Source of the DNA: an uncultured Gammaproteobacteria bacterium
GTDB lineage: Bacteria; Pseudomonadota; Gammaproteobacteria; Steroidobacterales; MnTg04
Reading direction: 5' to 3'
Assembly (NCBI GenBank): GCA_964568075.1
Contig: CAZMOM010000002.1
Span: 32,398-96,397, forward strand
DNA length: 64,000 nucleotides
Below, piece after piece: positions 9,467 to 17,795 of this stretch. The first letter of the stretch is position 1, and each line of letters opens with the position of its first letter. A program made the position numbers and the translations under genes. The notes below the pieces were generated by a model, which saw nothing but the letters and a program-made list of their open reading frames with translations, was not told the origin of the DNA and did no database searches.

Positions 9467-10866
9467 GTATAGTCGCCGAGCCCATATTCCTCGGCGACCA
9501 GGTTTTCGAACTTGGTGTATTCGCCGAGAAAGGTCAGGTGAAACTCACCAATGGGCCCGTTTCTTTGCTTGCCGATAATAATATCGGCCACGCCTTTTCT
9601 TGGTGTATCGGGGTCATAGACCTCTTCACGATAAATGAACGCGATCACGTCTGCATCCTGCTCAATCGCTCCGGATTCCCGCAGATCAGACATCACGGGC
9701 CTTTTGTCAGTGCGTTGCTCAACACTACGATTGAGCTGTGACAACGCGATGATTGGAATATTAAGTTCCTTGGCAAGCGATTTCAAAGAGCGCGAGATTT
9801 CCGATATCTCCGTCGCCCGATTTTCCCTGGTGCCTGTAATCACCATTAACTGCAAATAATCCAGGACTATCAAACCCAGGCCATGTTCTCGCTTCAGCCT
9901 TCTGGCGCGGGCGCGGATCTCGGTCGGGCTCAGCGAGGCTGTGTCGTCGATGAATATCGGTGCCTCCGACATGATCGCGACCGCGGAATTAATTCGCGTC
10001 CAGTCTTCATCTGAAAATCGCCCGGAACGCAAATTACTCTGATAAACCCGGCCGATAGAGCCGATCATCCTGAAGGCCAGTTGCTCCGCCGACATTTCCA
10101 TGCTGAAAAGAGCAGTCGGTACTCTACCGGCTATGGCTGCATTTTCGGCGATATTCAGCGCCAACGTTGTTTTGCCCATGGATGGCCTGCCGGCAATGAT
10201 AATCAGTTCACCGCCGTGCAAACCGGCAGTCATGGCATCCAGCTTCTGGAAACCCGTCGCGACGCCGGTAATATCGCCCTCTGAATGACTTAACTCGTCC
10301 AGCCGGTCGATGGCAGCCGGCAGTATTTTTTTCAGCCCCACAAAACCGGACCCGCTGCGTTGGCCCCGCTCTGCGATTTCAAAGACTTTCCTTTCCGCTT
10401 CGTCTACCAGCTCGCCGGCGCCACGGCCATCATTCGCATGCGCGCTGCTCGCGATCTCTCCGCCGACACGCATCAGTTCACGCAGCATTGAGCGTTCACG
10501 AACGATCTCGGCATAGGTCGTGATATTGGCGGCGCTGGGCGTGTCCTTCGCAAGACCGGCTATGTAGGCAAGGCCACCGGCGGCATCCAATTGACCGTTT
10601 TTCTCTAGGTGCTCCGAGACGGTCACCGCATCGCTGGGGATGCTTTTTTCGGACAATTCGCCGACAGCCGCATAGATCAGCTGATGGTCCCGGCGATAGA
10701 AATCACTGCTTTGAACCTGGTCGGCAATTCGATCCCAACCGCTGTTGTCCAGCAACAGCCCACCGAGTACCGCCTGTTCGGCCTCAACAGAGTGGGGAGG
10801 CAGTCGCAGGCTCTCCGCCGTTTGCGTACCGGGATATTGTGGCTGGACCGCTTCGACCATCGCCAT
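9463..10866 (-). CDS. dnaB: Replicative DNA helicase DnaB
   Basis: The 467-aa protein has PPHSVEAEQAVLGGLL, Walker A GRPSMGKTT and IVLDYLQLM motifs. Its length leaves no room for an intein. Confidence 0.95.
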   Translation of the reverse strand: MAMVEAVQPQYPGTQTAESLRLPPHSVEAEQAVLGGLLLDNSGWDRIADQVQSSDFYRRDHQLIYAAVGELSEKSIPSDAVTVSEHLEKNGQLDAAGGLAYIAGLAKDTPSAANITTYAEIVRERSMLRELMRVGGEIASSAHANDGRGAGELVDEAERKVFEIAERGQRSGSGFVGLKKILPAAIDRLDELSHSEGDITGVATGFQKLDAMTAGLHGGELIIIAGRPSMGKTTLALNIAENAAIAGRVPTALFSMEMSAEQLAFRMIGSIGRVYQSNLRSGRFSDEDWTRINSAVAIMSEAPIFIDDTASLSPTEIRARARRLKREHGLGLIVLDYLQLMVITGTRENRATEISEISRSLKSLAKELNIPIIALSQLNRSVEQRTDKRPVMSDLRESGAIEQDADVIAFIYREEVYDPDTPRKGVADIIIGKQRNGPIGEFHLTFLGEYTKFENLVAEEYGLGDYT

Positions 10867-10876
10867 ACTCTACACT

Positions 10877-11142
10877 AGTACTCCGTCAACGTGATATTGA
10901 TGGGTTCAGCGAGTCGTGAAACGGTTGACCGCACGGCGCGTCTCGCCGGCAATGGTGCAGTCCTTGCCAAGAGGCGCAACACCGCGGACGACCGTTTCAC
11001 GGCTCGCCCGAAGGGAGCTACCTGGATGATCCAATACGGCGTTGCAGCCCTTGCAAAGGGCGCGCCATTTCCTGCAGGCTGCGCCTTGTCTTGAATCATC
11101 CAGGTAGCTCTCAGCCCATCTATATCACCTCGACGGAGTACT
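10877..11142. other. Multi-stem palindromic element (candidate structured RNA or MITE-like element) between rplI and dnaB
   Basis: The closing helix pairs 10877-10897 (AGTACTCCGTCaacGTGATAT) with 11122-11142 (ATATCACctcGACGGAGTACT). An internal perfect 11-bp stem pairs 10915-10925 with 10991-11001. A perfect 16-bp stem pairs 11015-11030 with 11095-11110. Several smaller hairpins are also present. No credible coding frame exists here. Confidence 0.4.
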
Positions 11143-11181
11143 GGTTTACGGACGATTAAACTCGAGCTCAGACTGGCTGAT

Positions 11182-11718
11182 TCACTCGCTGGCCGGCGTT
11201 TCTTCGGTCGTATCCGCAGCATCGCTTTCAGTGGAATCCTCTTCGATTTCTTCAATACTGACCATCTCCGCACCATCACCGGTTACCCGAATAGTTATGT
11301 CCATATTGACCTCCGAGTGTAAATGCAGCGTTGCGCTGTGATCTCCGGCCACACGGATGGCGCCGTCCGCCATGCGAATTTCGCTGCGTTGAACTTCATG
11401 GCCCATCGCAGCAATAGCATCTGCCACGTCTATCGGACCAACCGAGCCAAACAATTTTCCTTCCGGCCCGACCCGGCTTTCGATCGTTACCACCAGCCCG
11501 GTAAGCCCGGCGGCTCTTTCCTGGGCCGTGCCCTGTTCAGCGTTTTCTTTCGCTTCCAGTTCCGCCCTTAACGCCTCCATTTTCGTCACGTTCTCGCTGG
11601 TCGCGAGTAAAGCTTTGCCCTGCGGCAAAAGAAAATTTCGCGCGTAACCAGATTTAACTTTGACCTGATCGCCAATTCCACCCAGGTTTTCGACTTTTTC
11701 GAGCAGTATTACATTCAT
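11182..11718 (-). CDS. rplI: 50S ribosomal protein L9 with acidic C-terminal extension
   Basis: The start MNVILLEKVENLGGIGDQVKVKSGYARNFLLPQGKA is canonical L9. About 30 extra acidic residues (EEIEEDSTESDAADTTEETPASE) follow the usual length of about 149 aa. Confidence 0.9.
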   Translation of the reverse strand: MNVILLEKVENLGGIGDQVKVKSGYARNFLLPQGKALLATSENVTKMEALRAELEAKENAEQGTAQERAAGLTGLVVTIESRVGPEGKLFGSVGPIDVADAIAAMGHEVQRSEIRMADGAIRVAGDHSATLHLHSEVNMDITIRVTGDGAEMVSIEEIEEDSTESDAADTTEETPASE

Positions 11719-11760
11719 TGTTTCACCATTTTATTGAGTATCCGGCCCGAGCCCGGCCTG

Positions 11761-12636
11761 TCACTTTCGCGAAAACAGTCTGCCACGCAGATCCAGCCAA
11801 TTATCCACCAGCCCCACTGCCAGTACCAAGGGTATTGCCAGCTGGGCTGCAAAAACGAGGGCCAGGTACATAATGATCAAGGGCGCGCGGCCCAGTCCGC
11901 TTTCCTTCACCACGGCATGTGCCACAGACAGCCCCTGAACCAAAAATACCGAGCCCGTCACCATGATCAGGCTGCCGGCGTTCGGTCCCTGCCAAAACAG
12001 GCCCGCCAAAAGACCCGCTGTGCTGATCAAACCGACGATCCTGCCGACGCGATATTGTCTGAACTCCGTGCCGAACTGATCGTTACCGATCAGCAATCCG
12101 TGCCAGTATCGCCCCAGCGCCAAACTGATTATCTGGGTGGCCAGTATGGCGCTTACCATAATTCCAGGCATCAGCTCCGCCATCCGCCGTATCAACTCCG
12201 GATCGGCCTGCAATGTGCCCTGACTGATCAGAGGACTCAGCCACTCGTGGACCTGCGGTTCAAAAGTGCTGCCCGGATCCGGTAAAAACAAACCCCATAC
12301 GACGATAACCACGACAGCGAGCAAACTGGCCAGCTGTAAAGCTATATTCAGCGAGCCAAATCGCTGCACCAGCCATGCCATGCCGATGACCATCGTCCAG
12401 CCGACCAAAGTGGCCGGAGCTTCCCAGATCTGATCTCCCGCGATCACCGCGAGCAATGCGAGAACCCCCGTAGCGGCCACCGCCGACAGGAGCGCCTGTC
12501 GCGGTGACTTCGCCAAACCGCACAACACCAGCAAGGCACTTGCAAAAGGGGCTGTCAGCTGCGACACCGCGAGCGCAACAGTCAACAAAACAACCCGCCA
12601 GCGATATGCCAGCGCCCACTTCAATATGTCCTGCAT
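11761..12636 (-). CDS. Polytopic membrane protein, DUF2232/YybS-like
   Basis: The 291-aa protein has about 8 predicted TM helices. The gene sits between rpsR and rplI, the same position as yybS in Bacillus. The family assignment rests on recollection and context, not a search. Confidence 0.5.
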   Translation of the reverse strand: MQDILKWALAYRWRVVLLTVALAVSQLTAPFASALLVLCGLAKSPRQALLSAVAATGVLALLAVIAGDQIWEAPATLVGWTMVIGMAWLVQRFGSLNIALQLASLLAVVVIVVWGLFLPDPGSTFEPQVHEWLSPLISQGTLQADPELIRRMAELMPGIMVSAILATQIISLALGRYWHGLLIGNDQFGTEFRQYRVGRIVGLISTAGLLAGLFWQGPNAGSLIMVTGSVFLVQGLSVAHAVVKESGLGRAPLIIMYLALVFAAQLAIPLVLAVGLVDNWLDLRGRLFSRK

Positions 12637-12667
12637 CGGATGCCGGGCAAATCAGCCCCGAAAATCC

Positions 12668-12892
12668 TCAGTGGCGATCGGTATATGGCAACAAAGCTAA
12701 ATATCGCGCCCGTTTGACCGCGGTTGCCAACTGCCGTTGATAATTCGACTTCGTGCCGGTAATACGGCTGGGCACTATTTTTCCCGTTTCCGTAATATAT
12801 GCCTTCAGCGTCACCAGGTCCTTGTAATCGATTTCCTTTACGCCATCGGCAGTAAACTTGCAGAATTTTCTGCGGCGATGAAATTTAGCCAT
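12668..12892 (-). CDS. rpsR: 30S ribosomal protein S18
   Basis: The 74-aa protein contains [42 protein letters not shown], which is canonical S18. Confidence 0.95.
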   Translation of the reverse strand: MAKFHRRRKFCKFTADGVKEIDYKDLVTLKAYITETGKIVPSRITGTKSNYQRQLATAVKRARYLALLPYTDRH

Positions 12893-12918
12893 TTCTTTTC
12901 CTCAATTATCGATAGCGG

Positions 12919-13503
12919 TCAGGCGGTTTCAGCCGGGGCTTCATCATCGGATGCCTCGGCGGCTGCCGGCTCGACGGCTTCCGGCTCGACCGCTGCCGGC
13001 TCGACGGCTGCCGGCTCGACAGCTGCCGGTTCGACGGCTGCCGGCTCGACGGCTGCCGGCTCGATGGGCTCGTCTTCCACCGATTCAGCAGCTTCGACGA
13101 TATTCTCTTTGGTCTCGGCATCCGGAATTTTGTCTTCCGCATCCGGCTTTTCCGATCGGTGCTCCGGTTTGGCTTTGCTTTCTTCTTCAGCAATTGCCAT
13201 GAATGACGGCTCGCTAATCGCGGCTTCGCGATTAATTACCATGTGACGCAAAACCGCATCACTGAATCGAAAAGCGCCAACCAGCTCTTCCAACGCCGAT
13301 CGGTCGCACTCGATATTGAGCATCAGGTAGTGAGCCTTGTGGATTTTGTTGATCGGGTAGGCGAGCTGCCGCCTGCCCCAGTCTTCCTGCCGATGAATGG
13401 AGCCTCCGCTGGTTTCGATCATGGACCGATAGCGGTCCAGCATCGCAGGAACTTGTTCGCTCTGGTCGGGGTGGACCAGAAACACGATTTCGTAGTGTCT
13501 CAT
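12919..13503 (-). CDS. rpsF: 30S ribosomal protein S6 with long repeat-containing acidic C-terminal extension
   Basis: The start [25 protein letters not shown] is canonical S6, normally about 130 aa. This protein is 194 aa, with a tail containing (EPAAV)n and D/E-rich sequence. Confidence 0.9.
   Translation of the reverse strand: MRHYEIVFLVHPDQSEQVPAMLDRYRSMIETSGGSIHRQEDWGRRQLAYPINKIHKAHYLMLNIECDRSALEELVGAFRFSDAVLRHMVINREAAISEPSFMAIAEEESKAKPEHRSEKPDAEDKIPDAETKENIVEAAESVEDEPIEPAAVEPAAVEPAAVEPAAVEPAAVEPEAVEPAAAEASDDEAPAETA
12961..13065. repeat. 15-bp tandem repeat x7 inside the rpsF 3' region
   Basis: Seven consecutive units of consensus GGCTGCCGGCTCGAC occur with 0-2 mismatches each. They are in frame and encode VEPAA/EPAAV repeats on the minus strand. 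Confidence 0.9.
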
Positions 13504-13644
13504 TTAATCTCCTTACGGATTAAACAGCCTCCCGGTTTTCCGGTGAGGCAAGGAGCCAGCGCTTTTTCGCGCGTTGTGTTTCTGCGCATTTCACAGCGGG
13601 CGGAATGCTATACAAATTGCTGTTTTCGGGCAAGCTTTTCCTGT

Positions 13645-14382
13645 TCAGGCGGAGCGCTGCCGCAGCGCCTCATACAGGCAGATCCCGGCGGCCACCGACA
13701 CATTAAGGCTGTCGACAGCGCCCAGCATCGGCAGAGACACCAGTTCCCCACAATGTTCCCTGGTCAGCCGCCGCAGGCCATGGCCCTCGCCTCCCAGTAC
13801 CAATGCCACCGGCCCCGTCAGAGTAGTGTCGAACAAGCTCCGCTCTCCTTCACCATCCAGGCCGATGATCTGGATGCCCTGCTCTGCCAACCAGCGCAGC
13901 ATGCGGGCGAGGTTGGTGACCTGAACCAGTGGAATCGTTTCGGCCGCTCCACTCGCGACCTTGCGCGTCGCCGGACTCAGTCCCGCAGATCTGCGACGGG
14001 GGGTAACAACAGCGGAAACGCCTGCGCCATCTGCAGACCTCAGGCAAGCCCCCAGATTATGCGGATCCTGGATTTCATCCAGAACGAGCAGGAATATCTT
14101 GCTGCCTGCGGCAAGTACCAGGTCTTTGAGGAATGCCTCGTTGTGCACCGTCTGCGGGCTGACCCAAGCCAGCAGACCCTGGTGGATAGCGTGATCGCTG
14201 ACCTGATCCAGCTGCGGCCGGCTCGCTCTCTCAACCGGTACGCCGAGCGACTCCGCCTGCCGCATCAGCTCGCCTGCGCGACGATCTTTGCGATCGCAAA
14301 TCAGGAGCTTCTCGATGCTGTGCGCCCGCGTCCGGAGTAGCGTTTCGATCGCGTGAAACCCATAGACGAAATTCCTGCTCAT
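13645..14382 (-). CDS. rlmB: 23S rRNA (guanosine-2'-O)-methyltransferase RlmB (SpoU/TrmH family)
   Basis: The 245-aa protein has SpoU motifs (LVLDEIQDPHNLGACLRSA, ALVLGGEGHGLR, LNVSVAAGICLYE). The gene lies directly downstream of rnr, overlapping it by 4 nt. Confidence 0.85.
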   Translation of the reverse strand: MSRNFVYGFHAIETLLRTRAHSIEKLLICDRKDRRAGELMRQAESLGVPVERASRPQLDQVSDHAIHQGLLAWVSPQTVHNEAFLKDLVLAAGSKIFLLVLDEIQDPHNLGACLRSADGAGVSAVVTPRRRSAGLSPATRKVASGAAETIPLVQVTNLARMLRWLAEQGIQIIGLDGEGERSLFDTTLTGPVALVLGGEGHGLRRLTREHCGELVSLPMLGAVDSLNVSVAAGICLYEALRQRSA

Positions 14383-16613
14383 CGTTTTCGTTTTCGATTT
14401 CGCGCCCGTGACTTTCTCGGTGGCGGATCGCCTACCAGTTCAAAATCGATCTTTCTTTGGTCCATATCGACGCGGCTGACACGCACCTGCAAGTGATCCG
14501 ACAGCCTGAATTCCGCGCGCTTTTTTTCACCAGTCAGCGTGTGGTGGGTTGGGTCGTGCTCATAATAATCCACCGGCAGTGCGCTGATGTGTACCAGGCC
14601 CTCGATCTGTTTTTCGGGAATCTGCACGAAAAGACCAAAATTGGTCACTCCTGATATTACCGCCGAAAACACCTGGCCAATTTTGTCCTGCATATACTCG
14701 CACTTGAGGTACTCCATGGCCTGACGCGTCGCGTCGTCCGCGCGCTGCTCTGCCTGCGAGCAGATTTGCCCCAGACCGATCATCTCTTTTTTCGAATAAG
14801 CGAATCGCCCCGCTTGGCCGCCAGCCAGAGCGTGCTTGATCGCCCGGTGCACCAGAAGATCAGGAAATCGGCGTATCGGCGACGTGAAATGTGCATATTC
14901 TGCCAGCGCCAAGCCAAAGTGACCGGCGTTGTCAGGTTCGTAAATCGCCTTGGACAAGGAACGCAGCAGAACCGTCTCGATCAGATCGGAATCGTCACGC
15001 GTCGTTACTTTCTCCAGCAAACGGCTGTAATCCATGGGCTTTGGCTTTTTCCCGCCACCCAGTGACAATCCCTCTGCTGCCAGAAACAATCGCAGACCTT
15101 CCATCTTTTCCTGGTCGGGCCCGGCATGGGAACGATAAAGAAAAGGAAGGCGTTTTCGATGAATAAAGCGGGCCGCTTCGATGTTGGCGGCGATCATGCA
15201 CTCTTCGATGATCCGGTGCGCGGCGTTGCGTGGATAGGCGACCAGGTTTTTCAGCGTCTTGTCGTTCGCAAAAACCGCCTTGACTTCGGGTATGTCGAAT
15301 TCCAGTGCTCCGCGCCGGTGGCGCGCACGGGCCATAGCGCGATAGGCTTCGTGCAAGGCCGAAAGAGGCGTCAACAGGCGCTGGTGCTTCCGTCGGCTCG
15401 CAGCACTCTTGTGAATCAGTATATCGGCCACCTCGGTGTAGGTCAGTCTCGCCGTCGATTGCATTACGGCTTCAAAAAAATCGGATGACAGTACCTTGCC
15501 CTGCTTCGACAGCTTCATCTCACAGACGAGGCACAGGCGGTCCACCTTGGGCTTGAGGCTGCACAGTCCATTGGAGAGGATTTCCGGCAACATCGGAATT
15601 ACCTCGCGCGGAAAATAGACCGACGTTCCGCGCCGCTGTGCTTCCCGGTCCAGCGCGGTGCCTGGTTTTACGTAGTGCGCGACATCGGCGATCGCCACCA
15701 GGATGGTCCAGCCTTCCCGATTTCTCTCACAATAAACCGCATCATCAAAATCCCTGGCATCGGCTCCGTCAATGGTGAGCAAGGGGGTGTCGCGCAGGTC
15801 GTAGCGGTCATATTTAGCGGCCTCCGGAACCCGCTTGCCATAGCGACTGAGCTCCTTTTCCACCGCTTCAGGCCAGACATTCGGCAGCCCATGCGCGCTG
15901 ATGGCGATCAGCGTTTCCATGCCGGGGTCGTCGACTTCGCCCAGGATTTGCTTCACCTGGCCGACCGCCGCGCTGTGCGCTGTTGGTTGTCCGGTAATCT
16001 TCAGGACAACGACCTGGCCTGGCCGGGCGCCTTTGCGGAATCTTGGCGCTACCGAAATGTAGCGGCTGTACCGGTTGTTATCCGGTATGACAAAACCCTT
16101 GCCCCGTTCAAGGTGAAATCCACCGACCAGCTCCGTTGTTTTACGTTCGAGAACTTCGACGATGACGCCCTCCGGCCTCCCCCGCCTGTCTTCGCCCCGT
16201 ACCCTGACCGCCACACGATCCCCGTGCATGACCTGGCGCATCTCGCGGGCCGTCAGAAAGATGTCTCGCGTACCTTCATTGTCCGGGATCAGGAATCCGA
16301 AACCGTCCGGGTGGCCCTGGATTCTCCCCGTAGTTAGCGGCAAATGGCCGGTCAGGCAGTACAACCCTTTACGGTTTTTGATTACCTGCCCGTCCCGGGC
16401 CATCGCTTCCATGCGTCTGGTCAGCGCCGACCGGGCACGTTGCCCTTTCAGCCCCAGCTGCGCATTGAGCTCCGTCAGGCTCAGCGGTCTGCCGACTTTC
16501 TCGAGGGACTGATTGATTAATGCTCTGCTGGGTATCGGAAAGCGATGGAGATTGGCTTCCCGAGCTGCTTCCGGATTACGATCCTTCCATTGTTTTTTCT
16601 TGACCATCTGCAC
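14379..16613 (-). CDS. rnr: Ribonuclease R
   Basis: The 744-aa protein has an RNB catalytic region (TIDGADARDFDDAV, HFGLALAEYAHFTSPIRRFPDLLVHR). It also has an S1 domain and a basic K/R C-terminal tail. Confidence 0.95.
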   Translation of the reverse strand: MQMVKKKQWKDRNPEAAREANLHRFPIPSRALINQSLEKVGRPLSLTELNAQLGLKGQRARSALTRRMEAMARDGQVIKNRKGLYCLTGHLPLTTGRIQGHPDGFGFLIPDNEGTRDIFLTAREMRQVMHGDRVAVRVRGEDRRGRPEGVIVEVLERKTTELVGGFHLERGKGFVIPDNNRYSRYISVAPRFRKGARPGQVVVLKITGQPTAHSAAVGQVKQILGEVDDPGMETLIAISAHGLPNVWPEAVEKELSRYGKRVPEAAKYDRYDLRDTPLLTIDGADARDFDDAVYCERNREGWTILVAIADVAHYVKPGTALDREAQRRGTSVYFPREVIPMLPEILSNGLCSLKPKVDRLCLVCEMKLSKQGKVLSSDFFEAVMQSTARLTYTEVADILIHKSAASRRKHQRLLTPLSALHEAYRAMARARHRRGALEFDIPEVKAVFANDKTLKNLVAYPRNAAHRIIEECMIAANIEAARFIHRKRLPFLYRSHAGPDQEKMEGLRLFLAAEGLSLGGGKKPKPMDYSRLLEKVTTRDDSDLIETVLLRSLSKAIYEPDNAGHFGLALAEYAHFTSPIRRFPDLLVHRAIKHALAGGQAGRFAYSKKEMIGLGQICSQAEQRADDATRQAMEYLKCEYMQDKIGQVFSAVISGVTNFGLFVQIPEKQIEGLVHISALPVDYYEHDPTHHTLTGEKKRAEFRLSDHLQVRVSRVDMDQRKIDFELVGDPPPRKSRARNRKRKR

Positions 16614-16719
16614 TCCATGCTTGTCGGTAGCCTGACAAGCTACCGGCAGATTGACAAGTATTTAGCGGGTGCATTACAGTGCGCGCCTCATTTCGTGGTG
16701 CATCGCGCCAGCCCTGCCT

Positions 16720-16806
16720 GCCCAGGTGGCGGAATTGGTAGACGCGCGGCGTTCAGGTCGCCGTGTCCTTACGGATGTGCGAGTTCGAGTCTCGCCCTGG
16801 GCACCA
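16720..16806 (+). tRNA. tRNA-Leu (anticodon CAG), CCA encoded
   Basis: GCCCAGGTGGCGGAATTGGTAGACGCG CGGCG TTCAGGT CGCCG ...long variable arm... GAGTTCGAGTCTCGCCCTGGGCACCA. The cloverleaf was folded by hand and is close to E. coli tRNA-Leu(CAG). Confidence 0.93.
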
Positions 16807-16842
16807 ATCTCTCTTTTTGCTTCTTTTTCTCTTGATTGGAAG

Positions 16843-17166
16843 AGAAAAAGAAGAAGACACTCCGTCCGCGCAGCGGACACCGACTTGTTACCACCATCCC
16901 CAACAAAACTGACGATATTGCAGCGGACATTGCCCCCTGTAGTCTGACGCAGGTGGCTTGACCTGCTCCCTCCCTTAGCTCAACCAGAAAAAGAAGAAGA
17001 CACTCCGTCCGCGCAGCGGACACCGACCTGTTACCACCATCCCCAACAAAATTGACGATATTGCAGCGGACATTGCCCCTTGTAGTCCGGCGCAGGTGGC
17101 TTGACCTGCTCCCTCCCTTAGCTCAACCAGAAAAAGAAGAAAGCAATTCGTCCGCGCAGCGGACAA
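16843..17166. repeat. 143-bp tandem repeat, about 2.25 copies, between tRNA-Leu and the 17172-17621 gene
   Basis: Copies start at 16843, 16986 and 17129. Copies 1 and 2 differ at about 5 positions. Each unit carries hairpins GTCCGC-gca-GCGGAC and GCAGGT-ggcttg-ACCTGC. A perfect 14-bp inverted repeat (16820-16833 / 16840-16853) joins the tRNA flank to the first unit. Confidence 0.85.
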
Positions 17167-17171
17167 CAGTT

Positions 17172-17621
17172 TCAGCCAGCAGCGTATTTTTCCGCGAACC
17201 ACCCCAGCGCTATGCAGCCAGCGAGATAATAGAAAATAGATTCCAGCGTCCACCAGCCCCAAAGCGCATCCGGAAGATTGAAAACTCCGGACCATCCCAG
17301 CGTTACCGTCGCAGCGATCAGGAACAGGACCAATCCGTACTTTGCGCCTTTGAGCCATCCGTCGCCGCCAAAGGATGCGCGAACCACGTCATAGACGCCC
17401 GCAATGACAAAGGACCCGATCAGTCCTGTGACGATCCATCGCGGCATCAAGGCCGCCATGTCGGGCGGCTCCTGGTTTAACTCCGGTCGCCAGAACTGCG
17501 CATGCATCTTGTAAAGTTCGTCCAGCACGCCCTCATGGATTAACGGGCCGCTAAAAATTGCGACTACCCATGCGGCTGCGTAGTAAACAATGCCGCCGAC
17601 AAATATCAGTTTCCAGTTCAT
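17172..17621 (-). CDS. Small integral membrane protein (about 4 TM, possibly DUF1761-like)
   Basis: The 149-aa ORF has hydrophobic helices separated by short loops. I recognised no diagnostic motif. Confidence 0.5.
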   Translation of the reverse strand: MNWKLIFVGGIVYYAAAWVVAIFSGPLIHEGVLDELYKMHAQFWRPELNQEPPDMAALMPRWIVTGLIGSFVIAGVYDVVRASFGGDGWLKGAKYGLVLFLIAATVTLGWSGVFNLPDALWGWWTLESIFYYLAGCIALGWFAEKYAAG

Positions 17622-17795
17622 TTTGGGTCTCCCAGGCTGTCCCAGCCATTAGTATAGTAAGCGTGTCGGACAATGCCATGCTGGGTCATGCGGGATGGGA
17701 CGGGCGGCCGGACTGGCTGAGTCTGCGTTTTTTCGTTTCGGCGTGGCATTTTGCTACGATGCAGACCTTCTCGGTCATGCTTGCGGGGAACGTAC

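Noticed and set aside
10875-11279. 134-aa minus-strand ORF covering the rplI-dnaB spacer
   Set aside because: It overlaps the 3' end of rplI in another frame, has a biased Arg/Ala composition and shows no motif. The stem-loop interpretation explains the region better.
12893-12918. priB between rpsF and rpsR
   Set aside because: The gap is only 26 nt, so no gene can fit.
13504-13644. rpsF leader / S6:S18 autoregulatory RNA and promoter
   Set aside because: A plausible TTGCCC...TATAGC promoter and a small hairpin (CCGGaaaaCCGG) are present. I cannot verify the leader motif by eye, so it is not reported as a feature.
13243-14340. 365-aa plus-strand ORF
   Set aside because: It lies entirely antisense to rlmB and the rpsF leader region and is rich in Arg/Gln/Ser. 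It is a typical high-GC shadow frame.
15675-16337. 220-aa plus-strand ORF (and the neighbouring 120-aa, 116-aa and 99-aa ORFs)
   Set aside because: They are antisense to rnr, whose identity is unambiguous.
16843-17166. Possible CRISPR array
   Set aside because: The period is 143 bp and whole units are repeated, so there is no repeat/spacer alternation. No cas genes are present. The 15-bp repeat at 12961-13065 is in-frame coding sequence.
16674-17358. Minus-strand ORFs beginning MSAARTECLLLFL (three overlapping entries)
   Set aside because: They recur only because they read through the 143-bp tandem repeat, and one runs into the tRNA-Leu gene. There is no start context and no conservation logic.
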